From Narcine bancroftii (lineage: Eukaryota): a stretch of 64,000 nt of DNA. Each line of letters starts with the position of its first letter. Position 1 is the first letter of the stretch. The notes under the pieces were generated by a model. That model worked only from the letters and a program-made list of their open reading frames with translations, did not search any database and was not told where the DNA came from. Below, in pieces: positions 11,277 to 24,418 of this stretch. The position numbers were made by a program, and so were the translations under genes. The DNA is taken from positions 94,860,001-94,924,000 of the forward strand of contig NC_091476.1 of the NCBI RefSeq assembly GCF_036971445.1, in the 5' to 3' direction.

Positions 11277-13248
11277 TCTTCTTTGGCTTGGCTTCGCGGA
11301 CGAAGATTTATGGAGGGGGTAAAAAGTCCACGTCAGCTGCAGGCTTGTTTGTGGCTGACAAGTCCGATGCGGGACAGGCAGACACGATTGCAGCGGTTGC
11401 AAGGGAAAATTGGTTGGTTGGGGTTGGGTGTTGGGTTTTTCCTCCTTTGCCTTTTGTCAGTGAGGTGGGCTCTGTGGTCTTCTTCAAAGGAGGTTGCTGC
11501 CCGCCAAACTGTGAGGCGCCAAGATGCACGGTTTGAGGCGTTATCAGCCCACTGGCGGTGGTCAATGTGGCAGGCACCAAGAGATTTCTTTAGGCAGTCC
11601 TTGTACCTTTTCTTTGGTGCACCTCTGTCACGGTGGCCAGTGGAGAGCTCGCCATATAATACGATCTTGGGAAGGCGATGGTCCTCCATTCTGGAGACGT
11701 GACCAATCCAGCGCAGCTGGATCTTCAGCAGCGTGGACTCGATGCTGTCGACCTCTGCCATCTCGAGTACTTCGACGTTAGGGGTGTAAGCGCTCCAATG
11801 GATGTTGAGGATGGAGCGGAGACAACGCTGGTGGAAGCGTTCTAGGAGCCGTAGGTGGTGCCGGTAGAGGACCCATGATTCGGAGCCGAACAGGAGTGTG
11901 GGTATGACAACGGCTCTGTATACGCTTATCTTTGTGAGGTTTTTCAGTTGGTTGTTTTTCCAGACTCTTTTGTGTAGTCTTCCAAAGGCGCTATTTGCCT
12001 TGGCGAGTCTGTTGTCTATCTCATTGTCGATCCTTGCATCTGATGAAATGGTGCAGCCGAGATAGGTAAACTGGTTGACCGTTTTGAGTTTTGTGTGCCC
12101 GATGGAGATGTGGGAGAGCTGGTAGTCATGGTGGGGAGCTGGCTGATGGAGGACCTCAGTTTTCTTCAGGCTGACTTCCAGGCCAAACATTTTGGCAGTT
12201 TCCGCAAAGCAGGACGTCAAGCGCTGAAGAGCTGGCTCTGAATGGGCAACTAAAGCGGCATCATCTGCAAAGAGTAGTTCACGGACAAGTTTCTCTTGTG
12301 TCTTGGTGTGAGCTTGCAGGTGCCTCAGATTGAAGAGACTGCCATCCGTGCGGTACCGGATGTAAACAGCGTCTTCATTGTTGGGGTCTTTCATGGCTTG
12401 GTTCAGCATCATGCTGAAGAAGATTGAAAAGAGGGTTGGTGCGAGAACACAGCCTTGCTTCACGCCATTGTTAATGGAGAAGGGTTCAGAGAGCTCATTG
12501 CTGTATCTGACCCGACCTTGTTGGTTTTCGTGCAGTTGGATAATCATGTTGAGGAACTTTGGGGGACATCCGATGCGCTCTAGTATTTGCCAAAGCCCTT
12601 TCCTGCTCACGGTGTCGAAGGCTTTGGTGAGGTCAACAAAGGTGATGTAGAGTCCTTTGTTTTGTTCTCTGCACTTTTCTTGGAGCTGTCTGAGGGCAAA
12701 GACCATGTCAGTGGTTCCTCTGTTTGCGCGAAAGCCGCACTGTGATTCTGGGAGAATATTCTCGGCGACACTAGGTATTATTCTATTTAGTAGCATCCTA
12801 GCGAAGATTTTGCCTGCAATGGAGAGCAACGTGATTCCCCTGTAGTTTGAGCAGTCTGATTTCTTGCCTTTGTTTTTGTACAGGGTGATGATGGTGGCAT
12901 CACGAAGATCCTGAGGCAGTTTACCTTGGTCCCAACAAAGCTTGAAAAACTCATGCAGTTTGGCATGCAGAGTTTTGCCGCCAGCCTTCCAGACTTCTGG
13001 GGGGATTCCATCCATACCTGCTGCTTTGCCACTTTTCAGTTGTTCGATTGCCTTATATGTCTCATCCAGGGTGGGAACCTCATCCAGCTCTAGCCTTAGG
13101 GGCTGTTGAGGGAGCTGGAGCAGGGCGGAATCTTGGACTGAGCGGTTGGCACTGAAAAGAGATTGGAAGTGTTCTGACCATCGGTTGAGGATGGAGATCT
13201 TGTCGCTGAGGAGGACTTTGCCGTCTGAGCTGCGCAGCGGGCTTTGGA
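11277..13248 (-). mobile_element. Young 5'-truncated RTE-clade (BovB-like) LINE
   Basis: TSD CAAGTTAAGAAT (11265-11276, 13249-13260); short AAGAAGA tail; uninterrupted RT frame. Confidence 0.95.
11333..13015 (-). CDS. RTE reverse transcriptase ORF (560 aa from internal Met; frame open to the truncation at ~13248)
   Basis: NYRGITLL, ESQCGFR, VDLTKAFDTV, GVKQGCVLAP, LFADD, YLG, C-terminal zinc finger CNRC...H..C. Confidence 0.9.
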   Translation of the reverse strand: MDGIPPEVWKAGGKTLHAKLHEFFKLCWDQGKLPQDLRDATIITLYKNKGKKSDCSNYRGITLLSIAGKIFARMLLNRIIPSVAENILPESQCGFRANRGTTDMVFALRQLQEKCREQNKGLYITFVDLTKAFDTVSRKGLWQILERIGCPPKFLNMIIQLHENQQGRVRYSNELSEPFSINNGVKQGCVLAPTLFSIFFSMMLNQAMKDPNNEDAVYIRYRTDGSLFNLRHLQAHTKTQEKLVRELLFADDAALVAHSEPALQRLTSCFAETAKMFGLEVSLKKTEVLHQPAPHHDYQLSHISIGHTKLKTVNQFTYLGCTISSDARIDNEIDNRLAKANSAFGRLHKRVWKNNQLKNLTKISVYRAVVIPTLLFGSESWVLYRHHLRLLERFHQRCLRSILNIHWSAYTPNVEVLEMAEVDSIESTLLKIQLRWIGHVSRMEDHRLPKIVLYGELSTGHRDRGAPKKRYKDCLKKSLGACHIDHRQWADNASNRASWRLTVWRAATSFEEDHRAHLTDKRQRRKNPTPNPNQPIFPCNRCNRVCLSRIGLVSHKQACS

Positions 13249-13559
13249 CAAGTTAAGAATAGAGGCTTGTTAAATACTCTGAAATGTAACATGCATATTG
13301 TATTTTGTTATCTTTTTTAATGTTTTTTTTAACTGGGTGGACAGATTCTTCGACAGCAAAACCAAGTTAATTTCTTCTAAGGGCACAGCTACACCTATAA
13401 TTACGAGATGGTTATTACAAAGCGTGCAGTTGGTGAGAAGCCTATCAATCTTTGTGACAGGGGTATCTGTGCATCATTTCTGTGAGCAAAGGGTTTAATG
13501 GAGGCTGAATCAATTATCCGAGCATAAAGCAGTCAATGGAATTGATCACGATAAATAAA

Positions 13560-14125
13560 AGTTACAGGCAGCGTGCAGGTGCAGCAGGTAAACAAGAAGG
13601 CAATAAGGATGTGGGCCAAGGATGCTGGTGGGAATTAGTTTAAGAGCAAGGAGGTTCTACTGCCACTGTGAAGGATGCTGTAGAGGCCTCACCTGCAGCG
13701 CCAGTCTCCTGACATGAGAAAGTAGATGTGAGCTTCTGAGGTGTTACAGAGGAAGTTCACCACATTGATAACAGAAGTAGGGAGATGTTTCCACTGGCAG
13801 ATGAGGCTGGAACTCATAGCCTCATGATATGAGATGTAGATTTAAGGCAGATGAGGAATATAGAAGACTACAGCACAATGCAGGCCCTTCGACCCTCGAT
13901 GTTCTGTTTCTCTCAGAGGAGTGAATCTGTGGCATTCTCTGCCAAATGTAGAGACTGCCTGATTAGTAGAGGGACTTTTTGAAAAAAATAGGGGAATTAA
14001 GGGTTATGGGAAGAGCCAGGTAGGTGAGGCTGAGTTGAAAGCTACATCAGCCATGATCTTTATTAAAAGCTGAGCAGTTCAAGGGACCAAATGGTATACT
14101 CCTGCTCTTATTTGTTGTTATTCTC
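13560..14125 (+). mobile_element. Old CR1 3' fragment
   Basis: Degenerate match to the CR1 at 44518 (gcaggtgcagcagg..., tcagccatgatc, cctgctcttattt). Confidence 0.65.
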
Positions 14126-14163
14126 TAAGCAAAGCAGATTACAAGATTAAAATACAAGGAGCA

Positions 14164-14397
14164 TGTAGCGCTATCAATTGGACATGACAGATCCGAAGTC
14201 AAGATTAATAGGCTTGGATTGCTATAAACTGACAGGCATAGCTTACATACGGTTGGCCCAATTCCAAGGCAGTACTGAGGGAAGCGATTAGGCAGTACCA
14301 CCTTTATTAGGAATGATGAGAGGGAAGGAGTTACAGTATCAGCGGCGGGCCAACCAGTCCAATGCATGCATTACAGTGTACCAACATATTCACCACT
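14164..14397 (-). repeat. 3' LTR of the older Mag-like element
   Basis: Direct repeat of 24194-24418 (gctatcaatt, gaagtc.agatt, ggcagtactg, gcgggccaaccagt). Confidence 0.85.
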
Positions 14398-17300
14398 TCC
14401 TTTAAAACAAAGTCCAGCGGGATGAAGTGACAGAGTCCATTCAGAGTCTATTTACAGGTTCAGCCTGACCAGTATTTCGTCCATCGAACTGACTGTCGCA
14501 GTGCTGGCTGTAGTGTTGCTGCTGGCTCCTGGGCAGTGCTCTGTGTAATGGGCTGTGATTCGGATGGCTGAACAGAATCAGTTATAGCTGGATGGGGGTT
14601 GGAGGAAGGGGGGTATGGGTTGGGGCGGTGCAACTGGTACCAATGGTAGGGTTGGATACCTGACTGTATCGCTAGTAGTCATGGGGAAAAGGTGGGGGTG
14701 CTAGTTGGTCAGCCATGATCAGTCCAGTAGGTGCCTGAGTTTTGGGGCCTCCTGCATGTGCCAGGCCCCGGACAGAGACAGTGTCTCTCTGCCCTTCCTG
14801 CACATAGGCATACTGGGGGTTTGCATGGAGACAGTGGACCTTCTCAACCAGGGGTTCTGCTTTATAGGTTCTAGTTTGTCTCCAAAGCAGCACAGGCCCT
14901 GGGGTCATCAGCCAGACTGATAGCATGTTTCCCAACACCGATCTCCCGAGGAAGGATAATAATTTTTCATGTGGGGTAGCACTTGTTGCAGGACAAAGGA
15001 GGGACATGGTGGCGTGGAGTGCCTCTGGCTGGACTTCTTGCCATTGGGAGACAGTGAGCCCTTTTGAGCTGAGGGCCAGGAGGACAGCCCTCCAAATGGT
15101 GCCATTCTCCCTTTCCATGTGGCCATTCCCTCAGAGGGTTATAGCTGGTGGTCCTGCTCAAGGCTATGCCTTTGGCCAGCATCCATTGGCGCAAATCCTT
15201 GCTCATGAATGAGAAACCTCAGTCACTGTGGATGCAACTAGGTTCAATTGAAGAGCAGGAAGAGGTTATTCAGGGACTTAATAACTGACTATGGTCATAT
15301 CTCGGCAGGGGATGGCGAATTGGAATCATGAATATTCATCAACAATGTTGAGAAAACACACGTTCCGGTTTGTGGAGGGAAGGGGACCCTTGAAATCCAT
15401 ACTCAAAAGAGCAGGTGGCCTTGATCAGGTGAGATTTCTGTGGCCGGTAGAAGTGCAACTTGCACTCAACGCAGACGGGGCACCTGCAGGTAAGCTCCCT
15501 GATATCCTCAACCGAGTATGGGAGGCTGTGGATTTTTACAAAGGGATAGAGCCTGGTGACCCCAGGGTGGCAGAGGCTGTTGTGAAGAGCTTGAAGGTGG
15601 TCATCTAGTGCATTGGTGCAGGTACCCTGGGACAGGACATCAGGAGGCTCGTTGAGCTTCCTGGGCTGGTACGAGATCTCGTAGTTGTAGTTGGACAGTT
15701 CAATTCTCAACCTTAGGGTCTTGTCATTCTTAATTTTTCCCTGTTGTTTGTTGTTAAACATGAATGGTTTACTGGCCAGATAATGCCTCCAGTCGTGCAC
15801 AGCTTCCACGATGGCCTGGGGCTATTTTCTATGGCTGAGTGCTGGAGTTTGGGGCCCTGGAGGGTATGGGAGAAAAATGCCACCTGCCTACCCACTTGCT
15901 TGCATGGCAGCCAGGGCAATGTTGGACGCATCGCTCTCCACCTGGAATGGGATGGATTCATCTAAGGTGTGTATTGCTGCCTTGGCAATGTCGCCTTTGA
16001 TGTTAATGAAGGCTACCTAAGATTCTGGTGATGAGAGAAAGGCGGTAGAATTTTTACCAAAGGATAATATGATAAGAACCTCAGGCACCTTTTCAGGGCA
16101 TTCAGGCTATGGGGAGTGGAACTTCCAGTACAGGCCACATACACTCACGGTTGGGTCCAATGACTCCATTCACCACCACACACACTAGTAAAGCCAGACG
16201 AGAAGTGCGGATCATGCATTTCTTCTGGTTATATGTGAAGTTTAGGGCTGTCTGAAGGAATTTTTGCAGGTTAACATCGTAATTCTGCTGGTCACGGCCA
16301 CAGAGGGTCATGTTGTCCAGATAGGGAAACATGACTTTCAATTGGTGGTTGCCCACCATTTGGTTCATCTCCAACCATTTGGTCCATCTCCCTCTGGAAG
16401 GCCAAAATTTTGTTCATGACTCCATAGGGGTGTGTATTGGTCGTCCTCTGAGTTGACCGGGAGCTGACAATAGGCTGACGAGGTTTCTGGTGGAGAAGAC
16501 AATGTTGGCTATGCTGGGGAGGGGATAGACATCCAAGATGGTGAACTGGTCGATGATCTGGCTGAAGTCTATGACAATTCTGTGCTTCTTTCCACTCTTT
16601 ACTACCATTACCTGTGATCTCCAAGGGCTGGTGCTGGGTTGTATGATCCCCTCTGCCAGGAGTCGTTTAACCTCAGCCTTGATAAAGGCGCTGTTCCAGG
16701 AGCTGTATTGCCTGCTCTTAGTTGCCATAGACTTACAGTCGGAGTGAAGTTTTTGAACAGTGGAGTGTGGTGGGACCTGGAAGGTGGACAGATTGCAGGT
16801 CATCAGCAATAGGCGATATTTGGGTCGCTGATTGCCTGTGTTCAGGAAGATGAGCGGTGGTTCAAAAGTTGGTTATTATGGACTGTGAGGGAGGGGTTGT
16901 GCTGTTATCTTCCATTAGAACACTTTTAAGTTGGCACTGAATGTCCAGCTCCAGTATGACCATTGCACAGAGTTGTGGTATAATGATCAATATAAAATTT
17001 TTGTACTTGGTGCCACCCACAGTTAACGTTACTGTGCAGCTACCTTGGATTTCAATTGAATGGGACTTGGCGACTAACAAAACTTTACATTAGACTGGGG
17101 TCGCTGTGAAGGAGCAGGACTGTAAAGTGCCTGGTTGTACAAAGCTTTTGGTGTTTCCCGAGTCGAACAATCAGTTTGTAATGCAGTTATTAACCTCAAT
17201 GTCCATGGTGCACCTTGTTAATTGATGAGCGCTGCTCTGGACCAGAACAATAGTATCAGCTCATTGTCCAACTTGCTGCTGCTGTATGTGTGCATTGGCA

Positions 17301-18299
17301 ACTTCCAAGCTATCCGCCCCAAAGATGGCTGCCCCCATGGTTTGCACACGATTGCCACTGGAAGTGAAGCCAGAAGTGACACTGACCCAGGCTGTCGTCC
17401 CTGAATTCCTGCCACGCTGTTCACCATGGCCAGAAGTGGAGCCGGAAATGATGCATTCCAAGATGCCAACAGCTGCTGCACGCATGCGGTACTGCAGCGG
17501 GAAGGTTTGGACATACATACCCTTGCGTAGTCCTTTTCTTCCAAAGCTGGAGCAGGTCAGGCTTCTGGCTGTGCAGTTCCTCAGTGGGCATTTCTTCTGG
17601 CTGTAGCAATAGCACCTTGGGTATTCGGCGACAGCAGTTGCTGTTTGGGATCCTACATCCCAAGATGGCAGCACTCATGCTCCCCACATGGCAGCCGCAT
17701 TGCCGGAGCTGTAAGCCTCTGCATTCTTTTGGGCTGTCTCTAGCGATTTGGTGAGATCGACCTCGTCCTGTAGGGTCTGATCGCCCTTCTCCAGGAGCCT
17801 TTGTCTGATATGGTCAGACATGAAGCCGACCATACATGTGTTGCTGTTCAGCTCCTCCTGGTAGACGGCTGCCGTAACAACAGTGCACCCACAAGTTTGC
17901 CCTAGTTCCCGCAAGGCTTGAATGTATTCATTAACTGATGCACCAGGTGCTTGTTAATGACAGCCCAGTAGGTATCTGGCATAGATTACATTCATCAGTG
18001 CCCAGTACTACTTTCGCAGGAGCCGCATAGCAACTGACTAAGTTTCACAGTTCTTGATCTTCTGGAAAGCCCTGGTGGCCGACCTATGCAAACAGTAGGT
18101 CTCTCCAGTCAACTTGTTCCCAAATATTATATTGCCTTATAAAGGCGTTCAAGCAGTGCACCCAGGAGGAGTCACGTAATGGAGTAGTGGCTGGTAGGAG
18201 AATACCAGCCCTCTCCAGAAAAGAAGGAAAAAAAGTAAAGAAAAAGCAAAGCCCCAGACACAAAAACCACAAAAAATAAAAAATAAAGGTGTGGAGTAA

Positions 18300-19670
18300 A
18301 TGGCACCAAAGAAAGAAAATCCAAAAATAACGGGAAGAAAAGAAGAAGGAAAGACACCGGAAGAGAAAGGTGAAGGCCTTACCTGTACGAAGAAGCAGGG
18401 ACCTGCCGTGGAAAGAGAAGCCCACTCCCTGAGGTCAGTGGAAACCCCACAGGGTCACGACCCACCGAACGCAGAACTACAAAGATGGCTCACGGAGACA
18501 AAGAGAGGTGCGCAACCGCACATGACAAAGACAACTCCGACGGGAGGGGGGACCAGCTGTGGAGGGGAACACCACAGTGCAAACAGCTGAGGAAGACCCT
18601 AAAGCAGGGCTCCCAGTGGGAATGGGAGGGAGGAGAATGAAAAAAAGGAAATCAGAGACACAACAGATGACCAGCCCAGAGGAAGAGGACCAACATCAAG
18701 ACACCACAAAAAAAATCCAGTGAACTGAGACAAACAGCCCAACAAGAAAGTCAGAAGACACACAGATACAAGGAAGAGAGGTAGAGGACACAGGCATTGG
18801 AGTGGACACAGGGGAAGAGGAGGGAGAGCATCAAGCTTTGCACAGAGAAAAGATTAAGGGAATGGACAGTACATGGATAAAAAAAAAATCAAGAATATAT
18901 GGAAGCATTAAAAGAATGGCTGACATGAGAATTTAGTGAAATAAAAAGAAGAATAAAAGGTACAGAAGAAAAAGTGAATAGATTAGAGCTGGTCATGTCA
19001 GAAATAGGGAAAAGAGTAGACAAGGTGGAAGAACAAGAAACAGCCGTAGAAATTGAAGTGGATGACTTAAAAAGAAAATTGGAAGAAACTGATAAAAAAG
19101 TTAAAGAAACACAGGAGTTGTTAGCTCAGAAGATGGATATATGGAAAACTATAATAGGAGAAACAATATAAAGATAGTAGGCCTTAAGGAAGATGAAGAA
19201 GGCAAAGATATGAAAGAATTTATAAAAGAATGGATCCCCAAGGTCTGAGGAATGCCAAAAATACAGGAAGGAATGGAAATAGAAAGGGCACACAGAACAT
19301 TATCCCCCAAACCACAGCCACAACAAAAACCAAGATCCATTCTAGTAAAATTCCTGAGCTATATGACAAGAGAAAATATATTGGAGAAGGCAATGAAAAA
19401 AATGAGAGAAGACAAAAAGCTACTGGAATACAAAGGTCAAAATTTTTTTTTTCTATCCAGACATAAGTTTTGAGCTCCTGAAGAAGAGGAGGGACTTGAA
19501 CGCAGCAAAATCATTGCTATGGAAGAAAGGCTATAAATTTATGTAAAGATATCCAGTGGTGCTTAAAATAGTTATCCTGGGGCAGCAAAGCAGACTGTTC
19601 TCGGATACAGAGAAAGCACGAGGATTTGCAGAACGCCTGCAAAACAGAAAGAGAAATGAAGAGATGTAAC
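18300..19670 (+). pseudogene. L1 ORF1 (RNA-binding, coiled coil), disrupted
   Basis: MAPKKENPK start; coiled-coil piece 18974-19171; IERAHR piece 19252-19473. Confidence 0.75.
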
Positions 19671-20101
19671 AAGAACAAGAATGACGACAAACTTCGTATA
19701 AAGAAGAATAATAATGTATGTGTAAGAACTAAGAAGGGGAAGAAAGGAAAGAAAGGAAGTAAGGGGGGAATTACAAAGTGAGCTATGTTATATGTGAAGA
19801 TAAAAGTCTTTTCTGGGGGACTGGGTGGGAGAGAATAACAGTCACTGCGAAATCAGTTGACGCTTGCGAGCGGGTTCACAGTCCAAATGGAGAGGGGAGT
19901 TGTGGTTGCCCGGCAAGGGATAAGGGGCAACTCAGAGGGAGGGGGGGACATTTGGGGTTAATGGAATTTTAGATGTGGGAATAGTGGAAATATTTTATGT
20001 TTTAGAAGAGATGTCTTATAGTGTGTTCAAAAAAAACAGCAATGGATAAGGGGGAAAGATGGTGATGAGGAAGCGGAAATGAGAGGTAAACAAAGTATGA
20101 A

Positions 20102-23100
20102 ATGGTCATGTTGAACTATATGAATATAAATATTAATGGAATACACAACCTAATCAAGAGGAAGAGGCTGTTAAATTTACTGAAGAAAGAAAAAAATAAT
20201 ATAGCATTCGTGCAGGAAACACATCTAACTGAAGTGGAACTCAAGAAATTAAGGAGAGACTGGGTAGGGCATGTAACGGCAGCATCATATAATTCAAAAG
20301 CCAGAGGGATAGCTATATTAATCAATAAAAATGTACCAATCAAAATAGAGGAGGAAATAATAGATCCAGCAGGGAGGTATGTAATGTTAAAGTGTCAGAT
20401 ATATTCAGAATTTTGGAATTTGCTCAATGTATATGCACCTAATGAAGAGGATCAAAAATTTATGCAAGATATCTTTTTGAAGATTGCAGATATGCAGGGG
20501 AATATACTGATAGGAGGGGACTTTAACCTTAATTTGGACTCAAAGATAGACAAAACTGGACAAAAAACTAGCTGAAAGAACAAAGTATCCAAATTTATGG
20601 TTAAATCAATGCAGGAAATGCAATTTTTGGACATATGGAGGAGACAACACCCAAAGGAGAAGGAATACTCATATTATTCGGGTAGACACAAAACATACTC
20701 AAGGATAGAACTGTTCCTGTTGTCAGCCCACATCCAAGGGAGAGTTAGGAAAATGGAATATAAAGCTAGATTATTATCGGATCACTCACCCCTGTTATTA
20801 GCAATAGAGCTGGAAGACATCTCACCAAGAACAGATGGATGGAGATTAAACTCCATGCTACTTAAAAGACAGGATTTTAGAGAATTAATTGAGCAACAAA
20901 TTAAAATGTACTTTGAAATAAATATTAAATCAGTGAAAGATAAATTTATACTATGGGATGCAATGAAAGCGCTCATCAGAGGGCAGATAATAAGTTATGT
21001 AACTAAGATGAAGAAGGACTACAATCGGGAAATAGAAGAGCTGGAAAGGGAAATAGCAAGTACAGAAAAAGAATTAGCAACAAGGAAAGATACAACAAAA
21101 AGAAGAGAATTGGCGGACAAAAAAAAAAAGTATGAAACACTACAAATGTATAAGGTGGAGAAAAACATAATGAAAATAAAGCAGAAGTATTATGAGCTAG
21201 GAGAAAAAACGCACACAATACTAGCTTGGCAACTTAAGACAGAACAAACTAAAAGAATGGTATTGGCATCAAGGAAAACGGACAAACAAATTACATATAA
21301 CCTAACAAAGATCAATGAAAACTTCAAGGAATTCTGTGAGCAATTATATCAAACTGAGAATGAAGGGAAAGAAGACAAAATAGATGAGTTTCTAGCTAAA
21401 ATTGAACTACCGAAATTTCAAGAAGAGGAGCAAAATAAATCAACAACACCATTTGAACTAGAGGAAATACAGGATATATTTAAAAAACTACCGAACAATA
21501 AAACGCCAGGAGAGGACGGACTCACAATAGAATTCTATAAAACATTTAAAGACTTATTAATTCCTCCTCACCTGGAATTAATGAACCATATTGAAGAAAC
21601 ACAAATCATGGCAGAATCATGCAAAATAGCAATAATTACAGTAATACCAAAGATGGGGTAAGATCCACTAACAACAGCATCGTATAGACCAATATCTCTA
21701 CTTAACACAGATTATAAGATAATAGCTAAACAATTAGCAAACAGATTGGCCGACTGTGTACCAAAAATAGTAAAACTAGATCAAACTGGATTTATTAAGA
21801 AAAGACGAACAACGGACAATATCTGTAAATTTATTAACTTAATCCATGCAGTACAAGGAAACAAGACACCAACAGTGGCGGTTGCCTTAGATGCAGAGAA
21901 AGCCATTGACAGAGTAGAATGGAATTATTTATTCAAAGTACTACAGAGGTTCAACCTACCAGATAAATATATTAATTGGATTAAAACATTATATAAGGGA
22001 CCATTGGCTAAGGTGACAGTAAATGGATATATATCAAACCAATTTAAATTAAGCAGGTCAACTAGGCAGGGATGTCCACTATCTCCCTCACTGTTCGCTT
22101 TAGCTATAGAACCACTGGCAGAACTGATATTTGCAGATGACATCATAGTATACTTAACTGAACCAGAAATATCAATAAAAGAATTACATAAGAAATTGAA
22201 GGAATATGGAGAAGTATCGGGGTTCAAGATCAATGCAAATAAAAGTGAAGCAATGCCAATGAATAATGCAGATTTCACAAAGATGGCAAACACAAGCAAT
22301 CCAATACCTCGGTAAACAACTAGAAAATAATCTAGGTCATCTATACAAACTAAATTATCAGCCATTAATGAAGAAAATACAAGACGACTTAGAACATTGG
22401 AAAGATTTACCACTAACTCTGATAGGAAGGGTAAATTGCATTAACATGAATATCTTCCCAAGGATACAATACCTATTTCAATCGTTACCAATTCACCTAA
22501 CAGAAAAATTCTTCAAGGAACTAAAGAAAATAATAAGGAAATTCTTATGGAAAGGGGGGAAACCGAGGATAGCACGAGATAAATTTACAGAATGGTACAA
22601 ACAAGGGGGCTTACAGCTACCAAACTTTAAGAATTATTATAGAGCCGCACAATTAAGATACCTATCAGATTTTTGTCAAACAAGGGAAAAAGCAGACTGG
22701 ACCAGATTAGAGCTAGATAAAATAGGGGAGAAGGTACCTGAACATATACTATATGTGGAATGAAAAGCTGGTGCAACATAGGAATTCACCAGTACTGCAC
22801 CATCTGATCAACATTTGGAAGAAGATTCACGTAGAAAGGAATAAAACAAATTATCAACTACCAAAATTAATATTGACCAAAATCAACTAATTCCAATCAC
22901 AATAGATAACCTTTCCTTTAGACAATGGGAGAGAAAAGGGATTAAAAGAATAGAAAATTGTTTTTCGGGAAATAAATTATTATCTTTTGAACAAATGAAG
23001 TGCAAATATGGTATAACTCACACTACAATGTTTGCATACCACCAACTGAAAACCTACTTGAAGGACAAATTGGGAAGCAGGGTGAGGTTACCAGAAGGAA

Positions 23101-23808
23101 GCAATCATGAATATGTGATTACAGACACAATGATAATTAAAAGATTTATAACAAACATGTATATCGAACTGCAAGAGAAAAAGAACAAGGAAACAAGCTG
23201 TAAACCCAAACAAAAATAGGAACAAGGTCTAAACATAAAGAATGAAATATGGGAAAAGCTATGCTCCGGAATTATGAGAAATACAATAAACATGAGGTTA
23301 AGCATGATCGAATATAATTGGTTGCACAGGTTATACACCCCGCTCCAAAAGTTAAATAAATGGGACCCAACAGTATCAGACAGATGTTTTCACTCTAAGA
23401 AGGAAATGGGAACAACAGTACATGCAATTTGGGAATGTGAGAAAGTGAAAAAGTTTTGGGAAGATCTAAATCAGGTATTAAATAAAATCACAAAAAGCAA
23501 CATACCAAAAAAATCCAGAGATCTTTCTTCTAAGTAATATAAGAAGTAAAGAACTAGGCCTCAATTTGGATGTAGCACAAAAAAGATTTATTATGATAGC
23601 CTTAGCTGTAGAAAAAAAATGTATAATGTCAACTTGGATATCAGAAGAGAGCCTGAGAGTACAGCAATGGTACATAGAAATGGATAAATGTATTCCATTG
23701 GAAAAAATAACATATAATTTAAGAAATAACATCACAGTATTCGAACAAATTTGGGAACCATACATGGAACACAACAGAGAAGTCCTATCACGGACCTCCA
23801 CCACCTAA
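20102..23808 (+). pseudogene. L1 ORF2 (endonuclease-RT), disrupted
   Basis: Consecutive ORF pieces from 20102-20575 to 23566-23808; short internal deletion joining PLAEL to IFADD. Confidence 0.9.
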
Positions 23809-24193
23809 AATGACAGAAGGAGAAGAATATGAAATGAACTGACCCTGTATGTAAAAGTAGAAGACACAAATTTCTTGTTTATTTTCATTGTGTGATGACA
23901 TTGTTTAATGTATCATATATGTTGAACGTTGAGTGGTTGGGAAGGGGGGGGATGAAGGAGGGAGGGAAGGAAGAGGGGTAAAGGGGAGAAAATGACACTG
24001 TGTATATTCAAGAGGGAAATGTTTATGTGTATTTTGGTCAGTATGGTTCATAGTGTGAAAAATAAAAAAAATAAAAAATAATAGCAGTGCACCCACTGGT
24101 CAGATTCTTCGGAGGCCTTTGGATCTTTAGGGTCAGTGTCTAGCTTCTTGCTCGAATAGCCCTATCCATGGCACAAAATTACAGCAATTAAAT

Positions 24194-24418
24194 TGTGGTG
24201 CTATCAATTAGACCCAACAGACCAGAAGTCGAGATTAACAGGCTTTAACTGGTATAAGCTTGCAGGCATATTTTACTTGCCGTTGGCCCTATTCTAAGGC
24301 AGTACTGGGGGAGGAGATTTGGCGGTACCACCTTTATTAGGAATCCTGGAGGGGGAGGGGTTACAGTATCAGGGGCGGGCCAACCAGTACAATGGCTGTG
24401 ATACATTTTTCCACCACA
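24194..24418 (-). repeat. 5' LTR of the older Mag-like element
   Basis: TGTGGTG...CACCACA; adjacent to a 24-nt leader and gag ATG at 24169. Confidence 0.85.

Larger units (their letters stand above)
18165..24082 (+). mobile_element. Full-length L1 LINE (ORF1 and ORF2 frameshifted) inserted in gag of the older Gypsy
   Basis: 13-bp TSD AGCAGTGCACCCA (18152-18164, 24083-24095); A-rich tail; ORF1 motifs NIKIVGL/IERAHR; APE (NING, QETH, GGDFN, SDH); RT (RQGCPLSP, FADD); C-terminal C/H motif. Confidence 0.95.
14164..24418 (-). mobile_element. Older Mag-like Gypsy LTR retrotransposon (same lineage as 38545-43507), disrupted and split by an L1
   Basis: LTRs 14164-~14397 and 24194-24418; gag ATG 24169 (KLDTDP..QWVHCLNAF); RT YPLP and YLDN; RH KIKNDK; INT RTTSYNP/ERENGTIW; flanks GAGCA/GAGTG. 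Confidence 0.9.

Noticed and set aside
11070-11702. 210-aa plus-strand ORF with hydrophobic stretches
   Set aside because: Chance read-through across a MITE and the antisense strand of the RTE 3' end
16355-16392. Short tandem duplication (ccatttgg.tcatctcc) in the older Gypsy RT
   Set aside because: About 19 bp and frame-breaking; ordinary post-insertion slippage
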